64,000 nucleotides of DNA from a bacterium (lineage in GTDB: Archaea; Nanobdellota; Nanobdellia; Pacearchaeales; GW2011-AR1). A program made the position numbers and the translations under genes. Under the pieces are notes generated by a model. That model did no database searches, was not told the origin of the DNA, and saw only the letters and a list, made by a program, of their open reading frames with translations. Location: the NCBI GenBank assembly GCA_036787775.1, contig DAIQOR010000001.1, positions 107,839 to 171,838 on the forward strand, read 5' to 3'. Position 1 is the stretch's first letter; each line of letters starts with the position of its first letter. Of the stretch, positions 9,359 to 18,221 are shown in pieces.

Positions 9359-12300
9359 CTAATCTAAAACTGCAATTTTTTGTGCACACCCAACATTCTC
9401 ATTATCTTTCAAATCTCTACATTTAATATAATGCGTTTCCCCCGGCGACCAAATAATTTCATGTTTAATTCCATTATTACTATAAGCATCTTGCCCAGAA
9501 GCAACTTCAAAATTACAAGTATCAAGTTCATAAGCGCATCTTGATTCCTCATTTGTAAAGAAAATAATTTTTCCCGCCTCATAATAAAACTCTACAATCT
9601 TTGGAGCAACATCATCAACTTTTAATTCAAAATCTATATTTCCTTCAGCAACATTTCCAGCATCGTCGGTGCATCGCACTTTCATAGAATGACTTCCCGC
9701 CCAGAAATTCAAAAACTGACGATGGCTTGTGCTCGAAGTTTCCTTAAAAACAATCCATTGCCCATTATTAAAAAACTCACATTTACTTTTCCCGTCATTA
9801 GCTCCTTTCGAAGTAGAAACTTTCAACTCAAACTCAACCGGCTGAGAAGCCTCTTCAAAATATCCCGCAGGTTCCAAAGAAGTTATCTCAAGATTATTTT
9901 CTGTAACAAAAACACTATATTCAAAATCATTCGTATTAATATTATCCTGCAAATTTTTACATTTAATAAAAATATTATTTTTCCCCGCAGTTAAATCAGT
10001 CAAAGTCCCGTCGCAAGGATAACCATTAATTCCATCATTCCCATTTAACGGGTCCAATTCACATCTCATTTCATTTGCCATGTCTTCATATTTCTTTTCT
10101 GCAATTTTATCCCATTTACATTCGGCAGGACGATTTAACCAAAGTCCCCAATTTTCCAATTTAGTTTCTCCGAATTTCAATCTATATCCTTCAGGATGCG
10201 TAAACGCTTTTATGTAAGCAGGAGTCGGGTTCGCTTCCGAATCTATACAAACATCAACCATTATCGGTTCAAAAGTCGGGTTACCATTAAAGTCCGAGCA
10301 AGTTATATACATTATTTGTTCCCCAACATAACCCGTATCAATATTTCCTTCAATATATTGCGGGTCCAAACTCGCGACACTCGGGAATTCCTCGACGCTG
10401 AAAATGTGATTTAATCTATATCTTCCTTCATCCGCCGAATTAGCTTGAGTAGATAAATAATCTTCTGGCCTTTTCCAATCCCAAGAACATTGCGAATACT
10501 CGTCAGTCTCAATAACAAAATCAACCTGCTCATATTCCGGAATGCAATTATCCCGATTAGTTCTCAACTTAAATTTATTTCCTTCAACTTGAGTCAATTT
10601 ATAACCATTTGTCAAAATTCTATAATCAACAACTTCCGGAACATTTGTTTCAAGAGGAACACTAATACAAGGAGGATTCTCGTCGCCACCTTCATTAACA
10701 ATTTGACAAAGCTGTCCCAAACTCTCACATCTATAACGCGTGCAAGGTTTCAAAGGATCCTCATTACAAACATGACAATCATCGCCACCACGAGGAGCTT
10801 CCCAAGGATAACAATAAAAATTAACAGTATCTTTTCCAACTTCACCAATACGCATGCTAGCCATGTATGAATTTACAATTATCGCGATTGCTACGAGTGC
10901 GATTGCAATTCCTGCACCCATTGGGCCCAATGTAGCTAAGATTAAACTCCAACCTGCACCTTCTGCAACAATTCCAAAATAAATTAAAAATCCTGCAGCT
11001 GCTCCACCTGTAGCGCCAGAAAAGACCATCCCACTAGCTTCTTTTCCTTCGATATTATACGTGCTAGCCATAGTCGAGCTAACGGTTGCACCAATGGATG
11101 CACCAATTAAAGCATAAGCAGAAGCTCCTAAAACTGCTCCTACACCGGCTTCCGGAAGACCTCCTGCTGAAGTTATCGCTTTCGGATCTGCTGGGAAAAA
11201 ATAAGGGCTACCATATTTTAACCAAGTAAATCCCAAACCCCCACTAACTCCTGATGCAATAGTAAGCCAACTCTCATAAGCTCTTTTAATATGATAATCA
11301 TCCCCCGTTCCCGGAGCATTAATTTCAGAAGTCCCCGCCATAAATGCTTCAAGATTTTCTAAATTTTGAGAATCAACATGTTGTCCTTCAACAGCCTTGG
11401 CATTTGCGGAATAACCAAAATGTTCTGCCCAAGATTTTTTATAAACTTCTTCCTTCACTCCCTGAACCCGAAGATTATCAGTCGTCTTTCCAATGTAATT
11501 AGTATAACTCCCACAATCCCCAAGAGAAACACAAAAATTATTCATCTGGTCAACAAATTCAATTTCTCGGCAATCACTATTTAACTGGTCGCTCCAAAAA
11601 GTTTCCATTCCAAAATCGGATTCAGTGGAAGTTTTTCTTTTTTTAATAATTGTGCAAGACATACTCGCAACCGAGCAAGTCATCGACGCGAAGTCAGGAG
11701 TTTCATCTCCATAAATCGCATCATCGAAAGGTCGCAAATCAAAACCCTGCGGATATTTCGGCAAACATATTCCAAATTTAAAACCGCTATCAACATTAAG
11801 ATATCTAAATTCACAATGCGAATTTGCTTCACAAGTTTCCTGAACGCCTGCGGGGTCATTTTGTAAATTTTCATTATACGCTTTACACAATTGGGCTTGA
11901 TTAACCACACATCGAGCAAGTGCTCTTCCCTCGCCAGTGCTCTGCTGATAAATTTCCCCTTCTTCACAAATCTCACTTCGAGCCTCACCACATTTATCAA
12001 CTTCAACTTTTCCATTTATGCAACTCGCAACCCAATGCTCACTTCCAACAGGATCGATTCCATTTCCAAGAGCACCGTCATACAAGCACCAAGTTTCCTG
12101 ATGTTTTTTCAATCCAGTTCTTCCACCATTTAATGGAGCATTCGGACAATCAATATTTCTACAAACAAAATTTCCCCCAGCAATATGCTTTTCAATACCA
12201 GTTGTTTCAACCCCAACACTTCCCGCATTTCGATTACAATTTCCACAACTGGTGCTCGCAGAATTTCCATTTTTAGAATCCGCCCCACAACTTTCCTCTT

Positions 12301-13159
12301 TACTCAAAATTTTTCCATTTGCCCAACTCGCATCTTTATTTGAAGAATAAATATTCTCCCGATTACCACAAGAATCAAACCAATAAATCTCATAAAAATC
12401 TTCTTCAAGGCCGACGCTGGCTTGTCGTTCACAATTCGAACCAACTTCTTCTGCCGAACATAAATAACCTTTGTAAAAAGTATTATCACATTTATCATCG
12501 GTCGTTCTTTGACAACTTCCGTCCGGACTAACACAAGCTCCGTCTTCCCCAAATTGCGGAATAGACAAACAGCTCAATTCCAAAATGCCCGATAAAAATT
12601 CATATTCTTTTCCCTGAATATCTGCCAAATTGCTACACATTTTTTCAGTATAAAATCCCGCTCGGTTATCAATTAAACAACAACCCATTTCACATTGCGC
12701 AACATTACATTGTGCATCAGGTTCCCAAGTCCCGTCGCATTCTCCTTCCGGCTGATTTGCATCACAAGTTCCCTCCTCATCATCAACGCAACAACCCAAT
12801 TCACAGGCAGGAGTATTTTCACAAGCAGTGTCAACAACTTCTTCACAAATTAAATTTTCCCCCTCGACAAAATTCTGACAAACCCCAAATTCTCCTCGAA
12901 GACAACACTTTTGCAAACTCTGAGCAGAAACAATTCCAATTTCTTTTATTGAAACCAAACCAACCAATACTCCCGAAACTTTTTCAAAAACTTTTAATAT
13001 TCTTTCCCCAAAATCATTTTCATATTTTACAACATTTGTTTGACTTATCGAATAACTTTCCGCCGTAACCATATTAACTAATAAACAAATCTGAACCAAA
13101 ACCACAACTAAAAATAATAAATTAATTTTCTTTCTCATATTCCTTGGGGTATCACGCAA
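9359..13159 (-). CDS. Giant Cys-rich envelope protein G1 (1266 aa; likely start Met8 at 13138)
   Basis: N-module motifs: IYWFDSCGN, HQETWC, GSEHW, LGDCGSYTNYIG. A mid-protein Gly/Ala-rich multi-helix hydrophobic region follows, then the knot YCYPWEAPRGGDDCHVCNEDPLKPCTRYRCESLGQLC and four C-x-D-x-x-GN repeats. Met8 forms an ATGA overlap with the P1 stop (13135..13138). Confidence 0.85.
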   Translation of the reverse strand: MRDTPRNMRKKINLLFLVVVLVQICLLVNMVTAESYSISQTNVVKYENDFGERILKVFEKVSGVLVGLVSIKEIGIVSAQSLQKCCLRGEFGVCQNFVEGENLICEEVVDTACENTPACELGCCVDDEEGTCDANQPEGECDGTWEPDAQCNVAQCEMGCCLIDNRAGFYTEKMCSNLADIQGKEYEFLSGILELSCLSIPQFGEDGACVSPDGSCQRTTDDKCDNTFYKGYLCSAEEVGSNCERQASVGLEEDFYEIYWFDSCGNRENIYSSNKDASWANGKILSKEESCGADSKNGNSASTSCGNCNRNAGSVGVETTGIEKHIAGGNFVCRNIDCPNAPLNGGRTGLKKHQETWCLYDGALGNGIDPVGSEHWVASCINGKVEVDKCGEARSEICEEGEIYQQSTGEGRALARCVVNQAQLCKAYNENLQNDPAGVQETCEANSHCEFRYLNVDSGFKFGICLPKYPQGFDLRPFDDAIYGDETPDFASMTCSVASMSCTIIKKRKTSTESDFGMETFWSDQLNSDCREIEFVDQMNNFCVSLGDCGSYTNYIGKTTDNLRVQGVKEEVYKKSWAEHFGYSANAKAVEGQHVDSQNLENLEAFMAGTSEINAPGTGDDYHIKRAYESWLTIASGVSGGLGFTWLKYGSPYFFPADPKAITSAGGLPEAGVGAVLGASAYALIGASIGATVSSTMASTYNIEGKEASGMVFSGATGGAAAGFLIYFGIVAEGAGWSLILATLGPMGAGIAIALVAIAIIVNSYMASMRIGEVGKDTVNFYCYPWEAPRGGDDCHVCNEDPLKPCTRYRCESLGQLCQIVNEGGDENPPCISVPLETNVPEVVDYRILTNGYKLTQVEGNKFKLRTNRDNCIPEYEQVDFVIETDEYSQCSWDWKRPEDYLSTQANSADEGRYRLNHIFSVEEFPSVASLDPQYIEGNIDTGYVGEQIMYITCSDFNGNPTFEPIMVDVCIDSEANPTPAYIKAFTHPEGYRLKFGETKLENWGLWLNRPAECKWDKIAEKKYEDMANEMRCELDPLNGNDGINGYPCDGTLTDLTAGKNNIFIKCKNLQDNINTNDFEYSVFVTENNLEITSLEPAGYFEEASQPVEFELKVSTSKGANDGKSKCEFFNNGQWIVFKETSSTSHRQFLNFWAGSHSMKVRCTDDAGNVAEGNIDFELKVDDVAPKIVEFYYEAGKIIFFTNEESRCAYELDTCNFEVASGQDAYSNNGIKHEIIWSPGETHYIKCRDLKDNENVGCAQKIAVLD

Positions 13160-13911
13160 GTTCTTATCGCCAACCTAAACCATTCCTCGCTATTTAATTC
13201 TTTGATTGTATAAATCTTAATCGAATCGCTCGTCCTAAAATAATCAATCTCAAATTCAGGGTAAGTCATCATGTACCCAAAATAATCAAAATTACAAAAC
13301 TTCGCATTTTGAAAAACAATTTGTTGAGCAACAATCGCATTATTGTAAAGTTTACTTTGAATATTTGCATTAAGTCCTTCTTGAACAGAAGTTTCCACTT
13401 TACTCAAACCAATACGAACATCAACATCCAACTTTATTTCATCCGGAATTAACTCAACATTAAAATCTTTATAATTCACATCAACTGTATAACCCTGTGC
13501 CTCATAATTTCTCCCAATCTCTTCAACACAATCTTCAACTTTTTTTCCAAGAGCATTTTTTAATTCATCTTCAAGATGACTTATCATCATAGGTTGCTGA
13601 GTAACGCACGGATTATAAAATTCTTTAGTGTAACATAAAAAAGCAACATCGTATGTTTCATCCTCGTCGGTAAATTTAAAAGTTCGATTAAAAGGATTTT
13701 CAATGTAGCCCCCCTTCGAAGAAATTTCCTGTGCCTTCTCTTTTACAGCATCTTTCAAACACAAACTCAAAAGATTATTCGGATTTTCAACTCTTCCTTC
13801 AGGATTTATCAAAGTATCTCCAGGTCCAATTAAAAAAAACAAAACAACGACAGCAATTATTATAACTGCAATAATAACAAAAATTGTAATCTGCCCCTTT
13901 TTATTATTCAT
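13135..13911 (-). CDS. Pilin-like (class III signal peptide) protein P1
   Basis: MNNKKGQITIFVIIAVIIIAVVVLFF, then motifs shared with P2/P3 (CLKD, KGGY, FLCY, TQQP, HLEDE, IYTI, FRLA). Confidence 0.75.
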   Translation of the reverse strand: MNNKKGQITIFVIIAVIIIAVVVLFFLIGPGDTLINPEGRVENPNNLLSLCLKDAVKEKAQEISSKGGYIENPFNRTFKFTDEDETYDVAFLCYTKEFYNPCVTQQPMMISHLEDELKNALGKKVEDCVEEIGRNYEAQGYTVDVNYKDFNVELIPDEIKLDVDVRIGLSKVETSVQEGLNANIQSKLYNNAIVAQQIVFQNAKFCNFDYFGYMMTYPEFEIDYFRTSDSIKIYTIKELNSEEWFRLAIRTCVIPQGI

Positions 13912-13933
13912 GACTTATATAGAAAATAGAAGC

Positions 13934-13942
13934 TTATAAAAT
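13934..13942 (-). promoter_or_regulatory. TATA box for the P1-G1 unit
   Basis: ttataaaat lies 23-31 nt upstream of the P1 ATG (13911). Confidence 0.5.
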
Positions 13943-13945
13943 TAT

Positions 13946-14671
13946 TTAATCATCCATCTCAACTCGTGGAGCAAGAACAAAATCCAATTCCATGCCTTCA
14001 GTTCTAATTTCCACTTTCAAAGGATGATCATTTGCAAATCTCAAAATAGTTTTTTCCGAAAGTTTCGCACCCTTCGCGAACTTCTTCAGATATTCCAAAC
14101 TATATTTGGATTTGCAATTCTCAGCCTCGATATTCGCCTCATCCCCAGAAAACTCCGAACGCGCAGAATTCAAACCTTTCGATTCTATAACGAACTTGCT
14201 ATCTTTAACAATAAACGAACACGAATCTGCAACAACCGAGCAATCCTCAATCGAATCAACCAAATCAACCGAACTAATAATAACTTTCGAACTATAATCC
14301 AAACTCGGCATATCTTTATCCTCGCTTTCAATCTCAATCAACGCCAAAGAAAAATTTCTCTTTACTCGGTCATGAATATTAATTAACAAAGTATTCTCGC
14401 TCGTCTCAAAAATCAAATTACTTTTAGTCCCACATCTTTTCAAAATCTTTTTCAAACTATCTAAATTAACTCCAAGAACTTCAGTCCCAACTTCAAATTG
14501 TGAAAACGCACTCTTCGGAAGACGAAACCCTACCATCGCAACATTCGCGGGGTCCATCGCTGTAATACTCATACCATATTCACCAACTTTAATTCGAACG
14601 TCGGTCACCAATTCCGAAATAATTTCAATAGCCTTTGAAAGTGCAGTAGGATTATCTAATTTAACAAGCAT
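13946..14671 (-). CDS. pcn: DNA polymerase sliding clamp PCNA
   Basis: 241 aa. The N-terminus (...ALSKAIEIISELVTDVRIKVGEYGMSITAMDPANVAMV...) and overall length are typical of archaeal PCNA. Confidence 0.85.
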   Translation of the reverse strand: MLVKLDNPTALSKAIEIISELVTDVRIKVGEYGMSITAMDPANVAMVGFRLPKSAFSQFEVGTEVLGVNLDSLKKILKRCGTKSNLIFETSENTLLINIHDRVKRNFSLALIEIESEDKDMPSLDYSSKVIISSVDLVDSIEDCSVVADSCSFIVKDSKFVIESKGLNSARSEFSGDEANIEAENCKSKYSLEYLKKFAKGAKLSEKTILRFANDHPLKVEIRTEGMELDFVLAPRVEMDD

Positions 14672-14692
14672 GATATAAAAATAATTTCTCCC

Positions 14693-14702
14693 TTTAAATT
14701 AA
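14693..14702 (-). promoter_or_regulatory. TATA box for PCNA
   Basis: tttaaattaa lies 22-31 nt upstream of the ATG at 14671. Confidence 0.45.
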
Positions 14703-14725
14703 TTACTATACTAAAAGATAAGATA

Positions 14726-14736
14726 TTTATTTAAAT
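14726..14736 (+). promoter_or_regulatory. TATA box for the primase gene
   Basis: tttatttaaat ends 21 nt upstream of the ATG at 14757, divergent from the PCNA promoter. Confidence 0.45.
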
Positions 14737-14756
14737 TCTTATCCCGCTCTTATTTT

Positions 14757-16277
14757 ATGGACGAACCTATTTCTCACAAAGAACAGAGAATAAGGAAAAT
14801 GACGCATCTTTATTACTCCAGGCCAGAAATTCAAAATGCAATTTTCGAATTCGCGAAAAATCGAGAAGTATGCCCAAGATATTTTGAAGGTTTCGGAAAA
14901 CGCCCAGACTCATTTCAATATCCCGGTGACGTTTTCCAATTAGTAAAAAAAGGCGCAACATCTTTTCACTGTTCTGAAGAAATCTGGGAAGACCCACTAA
15001 AAATAGTAACAGGAATGTCAGAAAGAGAACTAAACGAAATAAGAATTGGCTGGGACCTATTAATAGACATAGATTGCAAATGGATTGAATACTCAAAACT
15101 CGCCGCCCGAGCAATAATAAATGTTTTACAAAACCACGGAATAAAAGCCGTCTCCTTAAAATTCTCTGGCTCAAAAGGTTTCCACGTGCTTGTCCCATTC
15201 AAAGCTTTCCCAAAAGACATCGCCGGCGAAAACATAAAAGATCTCTTCCCAGAATTCCCAAGAAAACTCGTCGCATATCTAAGACATCAATCCCAAGAAG
15301 AAATGAAAAAAATTCTCCCCGAAGATTTCTTCCAACAATTCAAAGACGTAAAAATAAAAAAAGGAATAAAATGCAACACCTGCGGAGAAATCGTAAACGA
15401 ATATATCTGGAAAACTTTATTTTGCAGTAGGTGCAACATACAAGAACAAAGAAAAATAGAAAAAGAATTTGACAAAAAACTCAAATGTTCAAACTGCCGT
15501 AAAGAATTCGACATCGAAAAATCCGAACCGCTTTACATTTGTCAAAAGTGCAACATCTCTTCAAAAGAACTCCCGATAAATTTCTCACAATCCGAACAAA
15601 TTGATTTATACGAATTAATGGGGCTTGATTTAGTTCTGGTTTCCCCAAGACATTTATTCAGAATGCCATATTCCCTCCACGAAAAAACAGCTTTAGCAAG
15701 CATGGTTATTGATTTAGAAGATTTAGAAAAATTCGACATGACCGACGCTGAGCCAATGAAAGTTAAAATAAAAAATTTCATGCCTTCTTGTGAAGAAGCC
15801 GAAGCCAGAGAATTCGTTTTGCAAGCTTTAGATTGGTATTCCCAAAACAAACCCCAAGAATTCTCAGAAAAACCAACAGGAAAATACGCCGATTACAAAC
15901 CACTTGAATTAAAAAACATAACCGAAAAAGATTTCCCTCCCTGTGTTTTAAATATTCTAAAAGGAATTGCCGACGGAAAAAAACGAGCACTATTTATTTT
16001 GATAAATTTATTTCGTTCAATCGGAATGGACAAAGAAGAACTCGAAAAAAAAATCTATGAATGGAATCAAAAAAACGAAGTCCCGCTAAAAGACGGCTAC
16101 ATAAAGTCCCAATTAACTTGGGCTTATAGACGAAAACCAATCATGCCCCAAAACTGCAAAGAATTTTATCAAGGAATTGGAGTGTGCCAACCAGACAATA
16201 CCTGCTCCGCGATAAAAAATCCCGTAAATTATGTTGTGAGAAAAAATTTCGGAGCAAATAAAAATCCAAAGAAATAA
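14757..16277 (+). CDS. priS: Archaeo-eukaryotic DNA primase: PriS catalytic domain fused to a PriL-CTD-like domain
   Basis: AEP motifs DLLIDID and FSGSKGFHVLV, with an internal Zn-knuckle insert (CNTCG..CSRC..CSNC..CQKC). The C-terminal ~120 aa carry conserved Cys (PPCV...QNC..GVC..NTC), resembling the PriL Fe-S domain. Confidence 0.8.
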   Translation: MDEPISHKEQRIRKMTHLYYSRPEIQNAIFEFAKNREVCPRYFEGFGKRPDSFQYPGDVFQLVKKGATSFHCSEEIWEDPLKIVTGMSERELNEIRIGWDLLIDIDCKWIEYSKLAARAIINVLQNHGIKAVSLKFSGSKGFHVLVPFKAFPKDIAGENIKDLFPEFPRKLVAYLRHQSQEEMKKILPEDFFQQFKDVKIKKGIKCNTCGEIVNEYIWKTLFCSRCNIQEQRKIEKEFDKKLKCSNCRKEFDIEKSEPLYICQKCNISSKELPINFSQSEQIDLYELMGLDLVLVSPRHLFRMPYSLHEKTALASMVIDLEDLEKFDMTDAEPMKVKIKNFMPSCEEAEAREFVLQALDWYSQNKPQEFSEKPTGKYADYKPLELKNITEKDFPPCVLNILKGIADGKKRALFILINLFRSIGMDKEELEKKIYEWNQKNEVPLKDGYIKSQLTWAYRRKPIMPQNCKEFYQGIGVCQPDNTCSAIKNPVNYVVRKNFGANKNPKK

Positions 16278-16321
16278 TTTTGTAAAGAAATATTTATAAA
16301 CAAGAATTAACTATCTCAATA

Positions 16322-18178
16322 ATGAAAAAGAAGAGCGTGTTGTTACTTACATTATTTATCTCAGTAATTTTGTTAACGTCTTTAGCATTTGCAGCAAATG
16401 AAACTTTAACTTCTCAAGAAAAAGGAGTGCAATGGTTAGAAGATTACCTCGCTGACAATCCTTGTTCAGGTTTATCAACCGAGACAAACGCATTCGTAAC
16501 AATGGCAATAGGAGATTGTCTCGATGAATTAATTAGCAAAAAAAACACTGACAACTATTGGGTCGGCTCAGAAATCTCAAATAACATAATCGTAACCTCT
16601 CAAGCAATTTTAGCATTAGAAGAATCCAGCAAAAACACCGACGGTTCTCGAGACTGGTTATTAACAAAAACGGTTCAACCAAATAATTTAAATTGGTATT
16701 TACAAATTGAAACTGAAGGAGTAGCCTCGACATGCACAGCAAAAAGAGCAGGCTCAACCGAAAATTTAATTATCAACGCTGATTACACTGTTGCGGGAGG
16801 AGGAACTTGCCTAAGCGTAGACTCAACAGGATACAAATTCTCTATCGCGCCAACTTGTTTCGACCAAGACTTAACAATATCATGCGACCAAGCTTTCGGA
16901 ACAACTTTACTTTTCCAAAAAGTTGGAGGCGACACAATTTACATTTCAGAATCGTCAGCATCAAGTTCCACAACATCACCAACAGTTGAAAGAGTAAACT
17001 CATTATGTTTTTCAAACAACGCTCGAGCCTGCGATTATGAAGCGTCTCTTTGGGCAACTCACACATTAAATGTTTTAGGAGAAGATCTCTCTGCTTTCAT
17101 GCCTTACTTAATTGTAAGTGCTGAGGACAACAGCCTATTAATGCCCGAAGTATTCTTATCAAGATTAACCGGTTATGTAAGTTATTCTAATCAAGCAATA
17201 GCTAGACAAGTGTCTTCCCAAACCGGTACATACTGGGACGGAACAAGCCCAGTAAATAATAAATTTTATAACACTGCTTTAGGAATTTATTTACTTTATC
17301 CAGGTTCTGCACCCGACGATGTAGAAAGCTGGGTTGAAGCAATTCAAGGAACAGCTGGAGACTGGAACGACAAAAATGTTCGAGACACAGCATTCTTAAT
17401 TTACTCAATGTGGGGAACAGGTTCTTCAGGAAACCTTGAATGTGAAGACACCGATTCATGTGATATTCCTGCAGATGATTGTGAAGATTCAGGATATTTC
17501 TGTTCAACTCTATCTAACTGTGATGATGTTGGAGGTTCAATTTTATCAAGTTATGATTGTGGATGGGGACAAGATTGTTGTGACACAGACCCCTCTCAAA
17601 CATGTTCAGAGTTAGGCGGAATAACTTGTAGTTACACTGACGATTGCACGGGCACGGAAGATAATTCAGCATCAGACATAACCTCAAGTCAACTTTGTTG
17701 TATTGGAACTTGCACCCAAGGACCAACTCCTCCTTCAACAGAAAACGCTTGCGAGCAAGCAGAAGGCGGATGTTATGCAAGTTGTTACGACGATGAAAAA
17801 GAAGACACCACTTTATCTTCAAGTTGTGATTCAGGAAAAATTTGTTGTGTTGCTGGAACACCAGATAAACCAGCAACTGGAGGAAGCACATGGTGGATTT
17901 GGGTTTTATTAATATTAATTGTGTTAGTTGTTTTAGGAATCATTTTCAGAGATAAATTAAAACCTTTAATTGATAAATTTAGAAAAGGCTCTTCAGAGAC
18001 AAGTTCTTCATCAACATCACCAAGAGGATTTCCCCCTGCATCTCCACCTGGAATGAGAAGACCTCCAAGAACAGTTCTTCCACCTTCAAGACCAAGACCT
18101 TCTCCGAGAAAACCAATGGGTGCTCCGAACGAAGAAATGGACGACGTTTTGAACAAGCTCAAAAAAATGGGGCAATAG
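16322..18178 (+). CDS. Secreted surface protein with Cys-rich stalk, C-terminal TM anchor and Pro/Arg-rich tail
   Basis: Signal peptide MKKKSVLLLTLFISVILLTSLAFA. C-terminal Cys modules (GQDCC, QLCCIGTC, GKICCVAG), then the TM helix WWIWVLLILIVLVVLGIIF and a PPxxPRP-type tail. The N-domain may be alpha/alpha-toroid-like, but I am not confident of that. Confidence 0.7.
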   Translation: MKKKSVLLLTLFISVILLTSLAFAANETLTSQEKGVQWLEDYLADNPCSGLSTETNAFVTMAIGDCLDELISKKNTDNYWVGSEISNNIIVTSQAILALEESSKNTDGSRDWLLTKTVQPNNLNWYLQIETEGVASTCTAKRAGSTENLIINADYTVAGGGTCLSVDSTGYKFSIAPTCFDQDLTISCDQAFGTTLLFQKVGGDTIYISESSASSSTTSPTVERVNSLCFSNNARACDYEASLWATHTLNVLGEDLSAFMPYLIVSAEDNSLLMPEVFLSRLTGYVSYSNQAIARQVSSQTGTYWDGTSPVNNKFYNTALGIYLLYPGSAPDDVESWVEAIQGTAGDWNDKNVRDTAFLIYSMWGTGSSGNLECEDTDSCDIPADDCEDSGYFCSTLSNCDDVGGSILSSYDCGWGQDCCDTDPSQTCSELGGITCSYTDDCTGTEDNSASDITSSQLCCIGTCTQGPTPPSTENACEQAEGGCYASCYDDEKEDTTLSSSCDSGKICCVAGTPDKPATGGSTWWIWVLLILIVLVVLGIIFRDKLKPLIDKFRKGSSETSSSSTSPRGFPPASPPGMRRPPRTVLPPSRPRPSPRKPMGAPNEEMDDVLNKLKKMGQ

Positions 18179-18221
18179 TTTTTTGAATAAACTTTATTAA
18201 CTCTTTTTTTCTTAATTAATT

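Noticed and set aside
2979-13068. Numerous 60-126-aa plus-strand ORFs, and alternative-frame minus-strand ORFs, inside G1, G2, G3 and P2.
   Set aside because: They are antisense or off-frame to long ORFs with paralog support. Their F/L/I/N/R-rich products are typical of AT-rich antisense frames.
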